Shown: positions 8,198 to 18,540 of the stretch, one piece after another | How positions within the stretch are numbered: position 1 is the stretch's first letter | Layout: every line of letters begins with the position of its first letter | Sequence record: OR608733.1 | Length of the DNA stretch: 64,000 nucleotides | Reading direction: 5' to 3' (one strand) | Made by a program: the position numbers and the translations under genes | The notes under the pieces: generated by a model | Told to the model about the DNA's origin: nothing | What the model saw: the letters and a program-made list of their open reading frames with translations, nothing else | Database searches by the model: none

Positions 8198-9839
8198 TGT
8201 TATCACCAAATTTAGGATTGATTTGAGCAGGTTGAGCTACAGGATGTTGATACGGTTGCATGTTAACCGGCTGACCACTACTGTTTAGAATGTTTTGTTG
8301 AGTCTTAGTTGGGATAACATTCTTAACAAGATAGGTAAGGTCATTAGAGATCATAGCCGGTGCAGATGCATCCCGAGTAATGACTGGACTAAACAGACTA
8401 TCAATGAAGGTCGGTGCGATGAATCGTTCTACCGATTCATGATTTAGACTGATATCAATAACAGTATCACCAGCTAAGTCAGAGTGCATGGAGATTTTAA
8501 ACGGAATCTGGTTACCATAAGAGATACTGTTAATCGCATCGGTAATAAGACGACGTTCAAAGTCATTAATCTGTGGAGTCATATCAATTCCATCCATGAT
8601 ACTCCTGGTACCATTTGGATGCATTTCGAATAGATAGTTATTCGCTCCATGTCCATTTGTAATTGCAAAGGAGGTTACCCGGAAATAGTTATCCATCATG
8701 ATTGCTGGAACTACTTGTGCAAGTAGAGATGCTGCAACAGTGTGATGATCTGCACCACCCCAATGCATGGAATGCTCTGCTCGATTAACGAAGCGTTGAG
8801 AATTACCATTATCCATACCAGCTTTAACTACACCATCAACCAGTAGTTCAGGGAATACTCGTTGTAGGTCAGCCAGTGTAACAAAGCCACGTTCCATGTA
8901 ATTGCAGCGTTCTTTTAGAATGCGCATGAACATATTGGAATGGATATCTTGATTTCGAAGTACAGCAGATGCATCGCCTAGCATCACTTCATCAGAGACA
9001 CCTCCAAAGATATTATCGTTATCATTATTAGCCATCTCAGCTTCTTTAACAGAATGCTGCCATGCATTAAGAGTACTAGATAGATAACGAGTAGGAGAAG
9101 TATCACGGCGATTTGAATATTGGAAAGTGCCTGCTTCACCAACACTGGAGCGTTGGTCAATGATCCGGTCAAATACGCCTTGATGTAGTCCAGTTGATTC
9201 AATGCGTTTAGCTACTTGCATCGTTTGCTGAATTTGGAAAACATCTTCTGGTCGTTGGAGATATGATGAAGTTCCAGTATACATGCTAAACCCGTTCTGA
9301 GGGATAGTAATATCACTCATGATATCGACGGGTGCAAGGATCTGGTTAGAACCTAGGATATGTGCTTGTTTGACTACACCGAACTCAGTTGGTCGTTGGC
9401 GCTCTACAATAACAGTTTCACTATTAAAATAGATACGCATGTTAGGATCTAGACTATTGCTAAGCGGACTAATAGAGCAATGGTCAGAGCAACCAAATAG
9501 AATCCGGCAAGTACGGGTATTACCAAAGAAACGGTTATTCTCCCATACTTTCATCATGAACCTAAACCGGCGCTCACCCCAACCATTGACGATAGGGACT
9601 TCACCTTGAGTTTGAGCACGTGGTGCAATCACATCAGCTGCAATTTGCTGCACAGCTGCAACACCTAGATTACGACCATCATTAGTTGCTTCTTTTAAAC
9701 GTTCAATAGAGTTCTCAGTGACCTCTACCGTAAATGGTCGAACATGCTCAGGTTGATAAGTACCAGTCTGTACTAGAATGAATGATTCAATCTGTACTTC
9801 AGTATTACCACCCATTGCTGAATTATTAAAACCTAACAT
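8166..9839 (-). CDS. picA: Phage nuclear import factor PicA/Imp1 (gp69-like)
   Basis: 557 aa, immediately downstream of the gp68 homolog and upstream of gp70, which is the recalled position of phiKZ gp69; no motif-level proof. Confidence 0.78.
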   Translation of the reverse strand: MLGFNNSAMGGNTEVQIESFILVQTGTYQPEHVRPFTVEVTENSIERLKEATNDGRNLGVAAVQQIAADVIAPRAQTQGEVPIVNGWGERRFRFMMKVWENNRFFGNTRTCRILFGCSDHCSISPLSNSLDPNMRIYFNSETVIVERQRPTEFGVVKQAHILGSNQILAPVDIMSDITIPQNGFSMYTGTSSYLQRPEDVFQIQQTMQVAKRIESTGLHQGVFDRIIDQRSSVGEAGTFQYSNRRDTSPTRYLSSTLNAWQHSVKEAEMANNDNDNIFGGVSDEVMLGDASAVLRNQDIHSNMFMRILKERCNYMERGFVTLADLQRVFPELLVDGVVKAGMDNGNSQRFVNRAEHSMHWGGADHHTVAASLLAQVVPAIMMDNYFRVTSFAITNGHGANNYLFEMHPNGTRSIMDGIDMTPQINDFERRLITDAINSISYGNQIPFKISMHSDLAGDTVIDISLNHESVERFIAPTFIDSLFSPVITRDASAPAMISNDLTYLVKNVIPTKTQQNILNSSGQPVNMQPYQHPVAQPAQINPKFGDNNAYDFSFQVL

Positions 9840-9855
9840 AGAACTACCTCAATTA

Positions 9856-11421
9856 TTACTGATTAAGTTTACCCAGATGAATTACCAGTTCGGTGATCAC
9901 AGACTTAATTGTGGCCGGTACAACAAGGACTTTATTCTGAGTTACCTGTTCTGCTTCTTTGAATAAACGATCGGGTCCATGATAGATCCAGTTACTAGAT
10001 CTAATGGATGCATGTGCAGATTGCACAGCAATGCCCGCAATATTTACAGGTGTTACTGGAACACCATTAATAGCTCGCTGTTGTCGTTGATGTGGATAAA
10101 GCTCATCCATTACGTCCTTATATTTAATTTGAATACGTGTACTATTACGTGGTTGAATGGACATTGCATGTTCACCACTATAATACAACTCTACTTGCAT
10201 AAATACAGCAACTTGTTGGAAACCCCAATGCCACATTAGTGACTGAGCTGCTGCCAACAAATGGTTAACTGCATTTTTATTAATGTGGCTGAATGCTCTT
10301 GCAGGGAAAGCTTTGTGCATCACCCATTGTGCAAGTAATATCTGGTGTGGATAGATATCTTTAGTAGCTGTAACTGCAACGCAATCTAGACATTCCTGAA
10401 TTAACTCTACTGGGACAGTGTCATCGATTTTGTGAACCAGTTTAACTACATCAAGAGCATCTAAGTTATAAGCTACGATATCACCAGGAGTAACTCGCTG
10501 TTTAGTTTTATGCGATTCGATAAATGATGTTTTATCATCATCATCAATACCACCTTTATCTGGCCGTTTATCATTAACCCGGTCAGCAGTTGATCGTTCC
10601 GCAGGGTTTAGATTTGACTTAACATATCTAAACATATTTGAAACGATGGAATGTGAGGTGGCATCGTTTAATGGTAGGATGGTTAATCGCCTAACCATAA
10701 CTTTAGCCTGTAAGATATCCGGCACTTCAGCTGAACTCATGCCCCTATAAAGGTTGGCTAAGGTGGGTGCTTCATCTTCTACACAAAACTTAACATATGC
10801 ACTTAGCTTATCATAAGCTGTTTCTACTGGAGTTCCATCGATTGATATTTCATCAACAGGCCAATGGTTAACCTCACAATCCGAGATGAGACTAATTACT
10901 TCACACTCTTTATGCATTTCCTGAGAAGTGCCCTGATCAATAAACTCGCCCCAAATAGGTACTAAAGGACGAAGAGCTAGTGATACAGATGCAAGGTTAA
11001 TATAGTCATGTTTCAGATATGTTTGATCTGGGCGATTATATCGTGAATCATCAGTGATAACTTCTTCAATATCTACTGGAATATAAAGTTTACCAATAGT
11101 TAGTAGCCATCGCCGAAAACTATTCATCGGCATGGCTTTATACATCTCTTTGATGTAATAGGATAGACTCATTGCAATCCTCATCGGATCCATGGCCATA
11201 TCCATGATCTTACGAATTTCTACATAACAATTCCAGATATGTTGTTGTGTCTCAGCACTTAGGCCACTCCAATAATCATTGATTTCTTGGAATACTCGTT
11301 GTTGATCTTGTACACGGATTTTACTATAAGCCGTAGTTGTCCAAGTTAAACGTTTACCATTGTGTTCTGTAGCCACTTCAGTAAAACCAGTACCTTGAAC
11401 TCCTGTAACGATGATTTGCAT
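9856..11421 (-). CDS. nvRNAP promoter-specificity (sigma-like) subunit, gp68-like
   Basis: 521 aa from ATG 11421 (MQIIVTGVQG) with GAGG SD; size and position match recalled phiKZ gp68. Confidence 0.82.
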   Translation of the reverse strand: MQIIVTGVQGTGFTEVATEHNGKRLTWTTTAYSKIRVQDQQRVFQEINDYWSGLSAETQQHIWNCYVEIRKIMDMAMDPMRIAMSLSYYIKEMYKAMPMNSFRRWLLTIGKLYIPVDIEEVITDDSRYNRPDQTYLKHDYINLASVSLALRPLVPIWGEFIDQGTSQEMHKECEVISLISDCEVNHWPVDEISIDGTPVETAYDKLSAYVKFCVEDEAPTLANLYRGMSSAEVPDILQAKVMVRRLTILPLNDATSHSIVSNMFRYVKSNLNPAERSTADRVNDKRPDKGGIDDDDKTSFIESHKTKQRVTPGDIVAYNLDALDVVKLVHKIDDTVPVELIQECLDCVAVTATKDIYPHQILLAQWVMHKAFPARAFSHINKNAVNHLLAAAQSLMWHWGFQQVAVFMQVELYYSGEHAMSIQPRNSTRIQIKYKDVMDELYPHQRQQRAINGVPVTPVNIAGIAVQSAHASIRSSNWIYHGPDRLFKEAEQVTQNKVLVVPATIKSVITELVIHLGKLNQ

Positions 11422-11454
11422 TTTAACCTCTTTTACCAATGTAGATACATTTTA

Positions 11455-11479
11455 GTAATATAAATCTCAAATTTTTTTT
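11455..11479 (-). promoter_or_regulatory. Early promoter for the gp68-picA-gp70 operon
   Basis: Minus strand AAAAAAAATTTGAGATTTATATTAC, containing TATATTAC. Confidence 0.85.
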
Positions 11480-11546
11480 AGTATAACGGCATTTAGTACT
11501 GAGGGCATATCGGTGCCTACTTCGAGAGTAAGCACCGAAATATGTT

Positions 11547-12287
11547 TTAGAAGGAAGGCATATCCTCATCAAAAGCTGAGTCATTATAACTATTATTAGC
11601 CGGCTTAGCATAACTATTATTGCCGCCGTTGTTATAGTTATTGCGCTGACCACCATTATTGTAACCACCGCTATTACCGTTACCCTGATTAAAATTAGCA
11701 GGGTTAGATACACCTTTAGCATCTGGATCGAATTCAGTTACTAGAAGATGCATTACTAGTTTATATGCGGGGTCTAGGAAACCGTATGCATAAGCATCAG
11801 ACATTTCCTTAGGTGATAGCTGACTACCATCTGCTTTACGGATATCATGGAATTGGGACGGGCCAAAGAAGAATTTGATCTTTGGACGATCAGGTTGAGT
11901 GCTTAGCACTGCGATGTAAATTCGACCATCTTGTGCACGGCCAACATGTAGCTTAGAAAGCTCAATAAAATTATCACGCTTCTTACCAGCTACGAAGTTA
12001 TTACGGTAAACAAAGACACGTTCAGTATCTTCGGTTTTACCTTCAATTAAGTCCATTGCAAACTTAATGAAACATGCAAAGGTTGCTAGGTCAGTATTGA
12101 ACTCAATTTTACCATGGTCTTTATCACCAGGTACATTAGTACGAACAGTAACCCGTGGTTGGTTTTTAAACAGACCGAATCGTAGCGTCGGTCGTTTTTG
12201 AGAACCCTCGCATGGTTTGGCATGTAGCCAAGTGTTCATTACGTTAAAAGGGTTAACTACGGGTGCATTAGGCTGCTGTTGTGACAT
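11547..12287 (-). CDS. chmC: ChmC-like nucleus-associated RNA/ssDNA-binding protein (gp67-like)
   Basis: Beta-rich core followed by an Asn/Gly/Tyr-rich tail (NQGNGNSGGYNNGGQRNNYNNGGNNSY) and acidic end DEDMPSF; located two genes upstream of picA. Confidence 0.68.
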   Translation of the reverse strand: MSQQQPNAPVVNPFNVMNTWLHAKPCEGSQKRPTLRFGLFKNQPRVTVRTNVPGDKDHGKIEFNTDLATFACFIKFAMDLIEGKTEDTERVFVYRNNFVAGKKRDNFIELSKLHVGRAQDGRIYIAVLSTQPDRPKIKFFFGPSQFHDIRKADGSQLSPKEMSDAYAYGFLDPAYKLVMHLLVTEFDPDAKGVSNPANFNQGNGNSGGYNNGGQRNNYNNGGNNSYAKPANNSYNDSAFDEDMPSF

Positions 12288-12373
12288 GATGTGATAACTC
12301 CAAATTAAAACTAGATTCTTTTAACTAGATGGGAAATGATTTCTACGTAATATTATCGCAACAAGTATTTCTT

Positions 12374-13204
12374 CTATTTGAATTTCTTGTATGCTTCTTT
12401 TAACTCTTTAGAACCATAAGCAGTAATGTCATGATGAACTTTATCTGGTGTTGTTAATCCTGTCCATTTTCTAGATTGTGCCAATTGTTTTAATTGCGCA
12501 CGAATAGCTTTGTCTTGTGGTTCAAGTAATTGTTTATCGCCAAATATCTGTATAGCAAATGATGTAAAAGGAAATGGAGTATCTTCTTTTAAACCATTTA
12601 GTTTAGTATACCACATGTTGTATGTCTTTATTTTACCCGTATGGGATTCCAATAAAAGAAGTCTATTAAAATGGGGTTTCCATAATAGTTCATGTGGGAA
12701 ATGGGTTAATAGTAAAACAGTACCTTCAACCTTTGGAGGTTTATTAGATATTTCCATTGTAATTAAATCTGTATCTTTTAACTTCTGGTATAGTTCAATT
12801 GATACAAATCGTTCATAAACATCATAAGCTAATTGTTGCGGTGTTCGTGATACTTTAAATGTAGCTTTAGGGAATAACCACTTCACTGCATCTCGACCAG
12901 TAATGTAATATTTTACAGTTGCTTTTATCCCCGATTGCCGTAAAGCAACCGGGATTGTTTGTGCTTCTTGAAATAAAACATCGACTGCTGCAACCAAGTT
13001 AATATTAGTTTGTTGTTCAGACTTCATAGCCTGCCACATATTTCTTGCAAGAGTACGGACATTAATCCATATTTCTTTAATAGACTTAACATCAGTTGGT
13101 TGTCTAGGCTTTTGTGGATGTGTTCCTATAAGCCCTTCGAGAGCAAAAGAAGTTCCAATGCTAATAGGAATATTAGCACCTACATCTCTCTCGATAATAT
13201 CCAT
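12374..13204 (-). CDS. Conserved hypothetical protein (gp66-like), possibly a degenerate 5'-nuclease fold
   Basis: Intact 276-aa ORF; fold guess from IWINVRTLARN, LLTH, LESHTG and FGD segments is weak. Confidence 0.75.
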   Translation of the reverse strand: MDIIERDVGANIPISIGTSFALEGLIGTHPQKPRQPTDVKSIKEIWINVRTLARNMWQAMKSEQQTNINLVAAVDVLFQEAQTIPVALRQSGIKATVKYYITGRDAVKWLFPKATFKVSRTPQQLAYDVYERFVSIELYQKLKDTDLITMEISNKPPKVEGTVLLLTHFPHELLWKPHFNRLLLLESHTGKIKTYNMWYTKLNGLKEDTPFPFTSFAIQIFGDKQLLEPQDKAIRAQLKQLAQSRKWTGLTTPDKVHHDITAYGSKELKEAYKKFK

Positions 13205-13216
13205 TATTATTGCCTT

Positions 13217-14383
13217 TTATTTGAACTCTGTCAATAATCCCAATACCCGTTGGATCTGAGCAGCGTCCGCTGTAAATTTTTCAATATCTGGAATAATTAA
13301 ATCAGAAATACTTTCTGGAGTTATATCCAAAAATTCTGATAAATCAAAATTCTTTAGGCTATCTGACACAGTATTTTTCTTTGTAGTAACTTTTTCAATT
13401 AAGATACTCCATGAAAAATTAGGATATTCATTTTGAAATGTATCGAGATCACCAGTAGCTACATCACCTGGATTACATCTTAACCTAATTGCAGAGTTAG
13501 CTGGTAATGTCTTGATGTGTTCTTTAACAGTGTAATTAAGTTGCTTAGTATCCATTCCATGGACATTCAAAGTATCGTATCTGCGCGCACCCTTATTCTC
13601 AAGAAATGTAGCGGTCCATTCGCCATTTTCTTTTACCACAACATCAAATAATCCTTTTGGAATTTCGTCGTTGTGGCTTAATCGGTCAAATCCACCGGCA
13701 GCTAAAATGCGTTCATAGATAGACATCTCATGAACATGTCCACCATTGATCATATATTTAGTTAATGCTAAATATTCATCTGGATCATGTGTTGGCTCTT
13801 CAACAATACTTGGTAGCTGGTGTTTAAATGCACCATGTAAAATAGTGAAGTCAACTTGAGATATACCTTTCTTATGCATTAAATCTTTTACTTGATTTAA
13901 AGTCTCTGATGTGGATGGATTCCATTTATCAGGGACATAAAGGAAATATGCATCTAGTTTCTCAATATACTCGATATCGAGAATCTTTGAATAATGCAAA
14001 TCAACTTTAATATTAGCATTATTCTTTTGTTCTACGAAAAACTGCATTTGCCCACGATCATGTGATGGGGTCCCTTCAACAATACGGATCATTACATTAT
14101 ACATTTCACATTTATAGAGAAGTATTGTAATAAATCTATCAATTGCGTATGCAGCTGGATCGCCATTGTTTAATTGACGATCAAATAAATCCCCTGTAAT
14201 AATCAACATATCAATATCTTTTAAAATTGTATCAGGGACTGTTTTCCAAAAGTTATTGATGATTAATTCAGTAGGAGTTTGGCGATGCCCCATATGGACA
14301 TCGCCTACTGTTAAATATCGAAATATGCCAGGTTTCTTTGTTTTATCAGTCTTCATATTCGTCACCGTAAACACATTCATCAT
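13217..14383 (-). CDS. SbcD/Mre11-like metallophosphoesterase nuclease (gp65-like)
   Basis: Calcineurin-like motifs GDVHMGH, TGDLFD, GTPSHD, HG and GGHVH. Confidence 0.88.
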   Translation of the reverse strand: MMNVFTVTNMKTDKTKKPGIFRYLTVGDVHMGHRQTPTELIINNFWKTVPDTILKDIDMLIITGDLFDRQLNNGDPAAYAIDRFITILLYKCEMYNVMIRIVEGTPSHDRGQMQFFVEQKNNANIKVDLHYSKILDIEYIEKLDAYFLYVPDKWNPSTSETLNQVKDLMHKKGISQVDFTILHGAFKHQLPSIVEEPTHDPDEYLALTKYMINGGHVHEMSIYERILAAGGFDRLSHNDEIPKGLFDVVVKENGEWTATFLENKGARRYDTLNVHGMDTKQLNYTVKEHIKTLPANSAIRLRCNPGDVATGDLDTFQNEYPNFSWSILIEKVTTKKNTVSDSLKNFDLSEFLDITPESISDLIIPDIEKFTADAAQIQRVLGLLTEFK

Positions 14384-14954
14384 TCTCAGGTGTATCTACT
14401 TGCACACCTCCAGATTTAGATGAAGATGCATTCGGTAACTCATATAACGGAGTACCATCAGTATTTTTTAATACCCGACCATATGCTGCTAAGATTTGGA
14501 TTAACACTTGTAGAAGTTGTTTTTCTAATGGTTCATTATAAATGCACCGCTCTAAGAATTGAGCTGCTTCTTTAGCAAACCCACCACGTGGATTGCGATT
14601 ATGTTCTTTATTATAATAATCCATTACATTAGAAATACTAGCAACATTCTCACCAGATGAGATTGCAACACTTGGTCGAGGATAAAGTGCTGGAACTGTA
14701 AAAAGTACAACTGCTTCTTTGGTATTAACACTTGCTACACGTAATGGATTTGATAGCTCATGAACATATTTACGATATTCATCTAATGCACCAGGTGCCC
14801 ACGGACATTCAAGTAACGGTAATATATTCTTTACAAAAACGTCCTCATAGACAATAGGCATCTCTTTTTGATGAATGCTAACCATGGCTTGCATTGCATC
14901 CATGATCATGTTATCGCTATCTGTAACTCTAGTGTTCGGTTCCGGAGTTGCCAT
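14346..14954 (-). CDS. Conserved hypothetical protein (gp64-like)
   Basis: ORF in the operon; likely start MATPEP. Confidence 0.75.
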   Translation of the reverse strand: MATPEPNTRVTDSDNMIMDAMQAMVSIHQKEMPIVYEDVFVKNILPLLECPWAPGALDEYRKYVHELSNPLRVASVNTKEAVVLFTVPALYPRPSVAISSGENVASISNVMDYYNKEHNRNPRGGFAKEAAQFLERCIYNEPLEKQLLQVLIQILAAYGRVLKNTDGTPLYELPNASSSKSGGVQVDTPENDECVYGDEYED

Positions 14955-15486
14955 CTTCTTTACCCATAACTTGTTCAATCTGTTGTTTAGTCAGAGTAGT
15001 GATGATATTAAAACGAGCTTCTTCTTTGTTTTCCATTAGTTGAGGATTACTATTTAGGTAATCAATCAACGCATCGCAGTTTTCAGTAGTGAACTTATTA
15101 GGTGTTCCAACAGTAGCAAACATATAACCTTTATCACCGCCTTTACGAACAATGACTGATTCCATATGTTCTTTCTGATTAACCCCATCTACTTCAACTA
15201 GTGAGAATACTGGTTCAGTATCACCACTGATAGCTCGCATTGCGTCATCAACTTCATGTCGAATACTTTCACCCATATTGCAAAGAATATCTGCAAGAAC
15301 TCGACTAACGCGAATATTAAATGTTGCAGTTTCTTCAGCTTTAGCTTTTACCAATTGTTGGAAAGCCTCATCTACAACTTTAGCATGTTTTGTTAGATTC
15401 CTAACTGTTACTTCTAGCATATGAATTCGTTTTAATAGCATGGAGTTCATAGCTTCGCTTTCATTTTTCTCAACTTCACTGGTCAT
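14929..15486 (-). CDS. Hypothetical protein with coiled-coil N-terminus
   Basis: 185-aa ORF abutting its neighbours. Confidence 0.75.
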   Translation of the reverse strand: MTSEVEKNESEAMNSMLLKRIHMLEVTVRNLTKHAKVVDEAFQQLVKAKAEETATFNIRVSRVLADILCNMGESIRHEVDDAMRAISGDTEPVFSLVEVDGVNQKEHMESVIVRKGGDKGYMFATVGTPNKFTTENCDALIDYLNSNPQLMENKEEARFNIITTLTKQQIEQVMGKEDGNSGTEH

Positions 15487-15924
<438 letters not shown>

Positions 15925-16002
15925 TTAAGTTAAGATGGGAGCCAGATGGCTCCCTTTATATTACTTGATACATACAGTTAAATACTTACATTAACTAGTA
16001 TA

Positions 16003-16455
16003 CTAATATTTACATGCAATTAATTCAATGTGATACACAATAACAGCACCTTCTTTTTTCTTGAGTGTACTTGTTAAAACGATATCGTGTTCAGTAACAC
16101 ATGCATGTACACTGATGGGTCTGGTAGTAATTTCACTACTTGTCCCTGAAAAATGAGTTGTAGCTACATATAACTGGGTATCATCAATTAACCCATTTGG
16201 ATCCCTACCAACATGTACAAATGGTGGCCTGCTAGACACATTAGGATAGTCGTTTTTAATAACAAGATGACCATCTTCAGATGGGTAAGCGTAGTCATAT
16301 CCAGTCACATAGATACGTAGAGTACCATTCTTAAATGCTTCTTTAAGATAAGAATATTCTTCAAGATTAAAACGAGTTGAATCAACCACAACAGTAGTTA
16401 ATTTAAGGATAGGGTGTAGTGGCTTTGATGAGTTATTATTCTTAATTAATAGCAT
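16003..16455 (-). CDS. Hypothetical protein
   Basis: Likely start MLLIKN overlapping the upstream stop; terminator at about 15936-15957 follows. Confidence 0.7.
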   Translation of the reverse strand: MLLIKNNNSSKPLHPILKLTTVVVDSTRFNLEEYSYLKEAFKNGTLRIYVTGYDYAYPSEDGHLVIKNDYPNVSSRPPFVHVGRDPNGLIDDTQLYVATTHFSGTSSEITTRPISVHACVTEHDIVLTSTLKKKEGAVIVYHIELIACKY

Positions 16456-16777
16456 CAGTATTTTCCTTAATGTAAAAAGCAATATGCGGATGGTTCCACA
16501 ATGGACTCTCATCACAAAAACTATAACTATGTATTTCCTCGCCAGTATCTAATTTAATAGAGACCACTTCACCTTCAATAACTGTGAAAATAAATTTAGC
16601 ATCAGGTGAAACATAATCACCAGTTACATAGTCATTATCAGGAAGATACAATAGTCGTGTTTGATTGTCGTGTTTAAGTTCTATTCCATCTGTACTATTA
16701 AAGTACATATATCCCGTACCATCTGGACTTTTTTGAAACATCTTTAGTTTATTTGGCACGAGTAGATCAATTGACAT
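16442..16777 (-). CDS. Hypothetical protein
   Basis: 111-aa ORF with AGGAG SD. Confidence 0.75.
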   Translation of the reverse strand: MSIDLLVPNKLKMFQKSPDGTGYMYFNSTDGIELKHDNQTRLLYLPDNDYVTGDYVSPDAKFIFTVIEGEVVSIKLDTGEEIHSYSFCDESPLWNHPHIAFYIKENTDAIN

Positions 16778-16828
16778 AGATCTCTCCTAAATGATAGAAG
16801 AGAGTCCCTATATGGGACTCTCATTTAT

Positions 16829-17440
16829 TTAACCTAGAAGATTACCTACGACTGAAGTTGGATCTTCTTCACCTGCGTCTAGATGTCCATCAATAGCATT
16901 CCACATACGGAGGATGTCAACTTTTTCATGCAGGCTAAGTTTACGATCACTCTTGATATCTTCGTGATAGTTTTTATAACCGAATTCTTTCTTATCGGTA
17001 TACATAACTCCATCCATCACGCGACGATAATCAAACTGTCGTTCACCTACCGCATCACCTTGGATGTTATTATAAGAACCACCATATCCATCAACTTCAT
17101 TATTAAGATACATGGTTCTTAGACGCTCATGTGCCATAACCCAACGTTGCATAATCGGACCAGCTGTTTGTAGTTCAGCTAATGTCTCAAGATACACAAT
17201 GTTGTTCGACTGCCATAAGTTATCTTTCTTTGTGGTCAGATTCCGCAGTGCTTGAACAGCAGCTGATTCACTAATCATACTGTACATATTTTGTGCAGTA
17301 TTGAAAAAGCTAGCAGCGGCAGTTGACATAGTTGAACGAAGTGCCTGACTACGCTCACCCAACCATTGAGTTGTTTGCTGTGTAAGATGGCCACCTGCAC
17401 AGATGTCCAAGAGGTCCACACCATGTGCATCTACAATCAT
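16829..17440 (-). CDS. Conserved core protein (gp59-like; recalled as accessory import factor Imp3, unverified)
   Basis: 203-aa ORF with GAGGTG SD and a following terminator; identity from synteny only. Confidence 0.7.
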   Translation of the reverse strand: MIVDAHGVDLLDICAGGHLTQQTTQWLGERSQALRSTMSTAAASFFNTAQNMYSMISESAAVQALRNLTTKKDNLWQSNNIVYLETLAELQTAGPIMQRWVMAHERLRTMYLNNEVDGYGGSYNNIQGDAVGERQFDYRRVMDGVMYTDKKEFGYKNYHEDIKSDRKLSLHEKVDILRMWNAIDGHLDAGEEDPTSVVGNLLG

Positions 17441-17448
17441 TATACACC

Positions 17449-17874
17449 TCAGTTATTGGCCGTATATGACCAGCATAGATTAAACGGATGTTGCATAGGT
17501 AAATTAAATGTGTCTAGTTCCTGACCACACCAATTGACAGCTTTTGTAACACCTTCAACAGTTACAGTTAATTCAACATGGATATCATGTTCAGGTGCAG
17601 TCACCACAATAGTGATTGGATCATCATGTTTAATACGGAATCCAAACTTAGGATGATGGAATCCAGTATATTCACCTTTAGTATTTTCTAGAATACATTC
17701 AAATAGATTAGTTTCTTTATTAAGTTTAAATGTAACCAGTTTATCAGAATCTTTAAGTAAATCATTATCCCCAAATACATTGAACCGATAATGCTTATGG
17801 CAGATACCAAGTGTTTTTGGCATATCGTGGGAATTATCGATTTGCTTAGTACATTCATTGCATTTACTATTCAT
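17449..17874 (-). CDS. Hypothetical protein
   Basis: 141-aa ORF, AAGGA SD, N-terminal CxxC and CxxH. Confidence 0.75.
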   Translation of the reverse strand: MNSKCNECTKQIDNSHDMPKTLGICHKHYRFNVFGDNDLLKDSDKLVTFKLNKETNLFECILENTKGEYTGFHHPKFGFRIKHDDPITIVVTAPEHDIHVELTVTVEGVTKAVNWCGQELDTFNLPMQHPFNLCWSYTANN

Positions 17875-17886
17875 CCTTATTTACCT

Positions 17887-18270
17887 TTAATAAATTTGCT
17901 TATCAAAAGAGCAATTAATTGGGATAGTGATAACTTCATTAGTAACTACATGTTTGCCTGTCTTTTTAAAGAATTGGGCAAATTTTGAAGTAGCTGGAAT
18001 TACAAAGGTATCATCCCGATCATTATTTGACATATTGTACAGAGTAAATTTACCGTCTAAATCAAACCTAATTTGCCATTCAATATCACGTACTTTGAAA
18101 TCTATACCAAACCTTAAGTGATCATCAATTAATTCAGAACCACCGTACTCATAAGCTCCGGTGAAATTCCAATTAATTTCTGCGAATTGGAAAGTTACAG
18201 GATGTTCGCCATGTTCATCTTGTATGTAGTAACCATCATGAGCTTTCCAATAGATGACTAAATCATGCAT
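17887..18270 (-). CDS. Hypothetical protein
   Basis: 127-aa ORF with GAGG SD. Confidence 0.75.
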   Translation of the reverse strand: MHDLVIYWKAHDGYYIQDEHGEHPVTFQFAEINWNFTGAYEYGGSELIDDHLRFGIDFKVRDIEWQIRFDLDGKFTLYNMSNNDRDDTFVIPATSKFAQFFKKTGKHVVTNEVITIPINCSFDKQIY

Positions 18271-18318
18271 GCTACCAGCCTCAAAGAAATAATAGGGGAG
18301 TCTAACTCCCCTATTAAT

Positions 18319-18540
18319 TTATTTTGCTTTTAGCCATTCTTCTAATGGCGGTAAATACTTCTCATGTGCCCAGTTAATAATTGTTTCTACAACAGGACCC
18401 TGTAATTCAAGGTTACCTGAGATTTCATGTGGTTCATCAATAGATAGAACCCATGTATGTGGAGCAATGCGTTCAGTTGCTTTAGTTAAATACACATCAG
18501 GCATTAACGTAAGATTCAATTGATCGCCGTCAAAATCAGC
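18319..18540 (-). CDS. nvRNAP beta-prime-like subunit gp55-56.1, exon 2
   Basis: Begins ADFDGDQLNL; joined to exon 1 (..KAPN) it restores the catalytic NADFDGD motif. Confidence 0.93.
   Translation of the reverse strand, partial: ADFDGDQLNLTLMPDVYLTKATERIAPHTWVLSIDEPHEISGNLELQGPVVETIINWAHEKYLPPLEEWLKAK

Noticed and set aside
18319-18519. 66-aa ORF as a stand-alone gene
   Set aside because: It is the 3' exon of the split beta-prime subunit; the frame extends to 18540 and completes NADFDGD after splicing.
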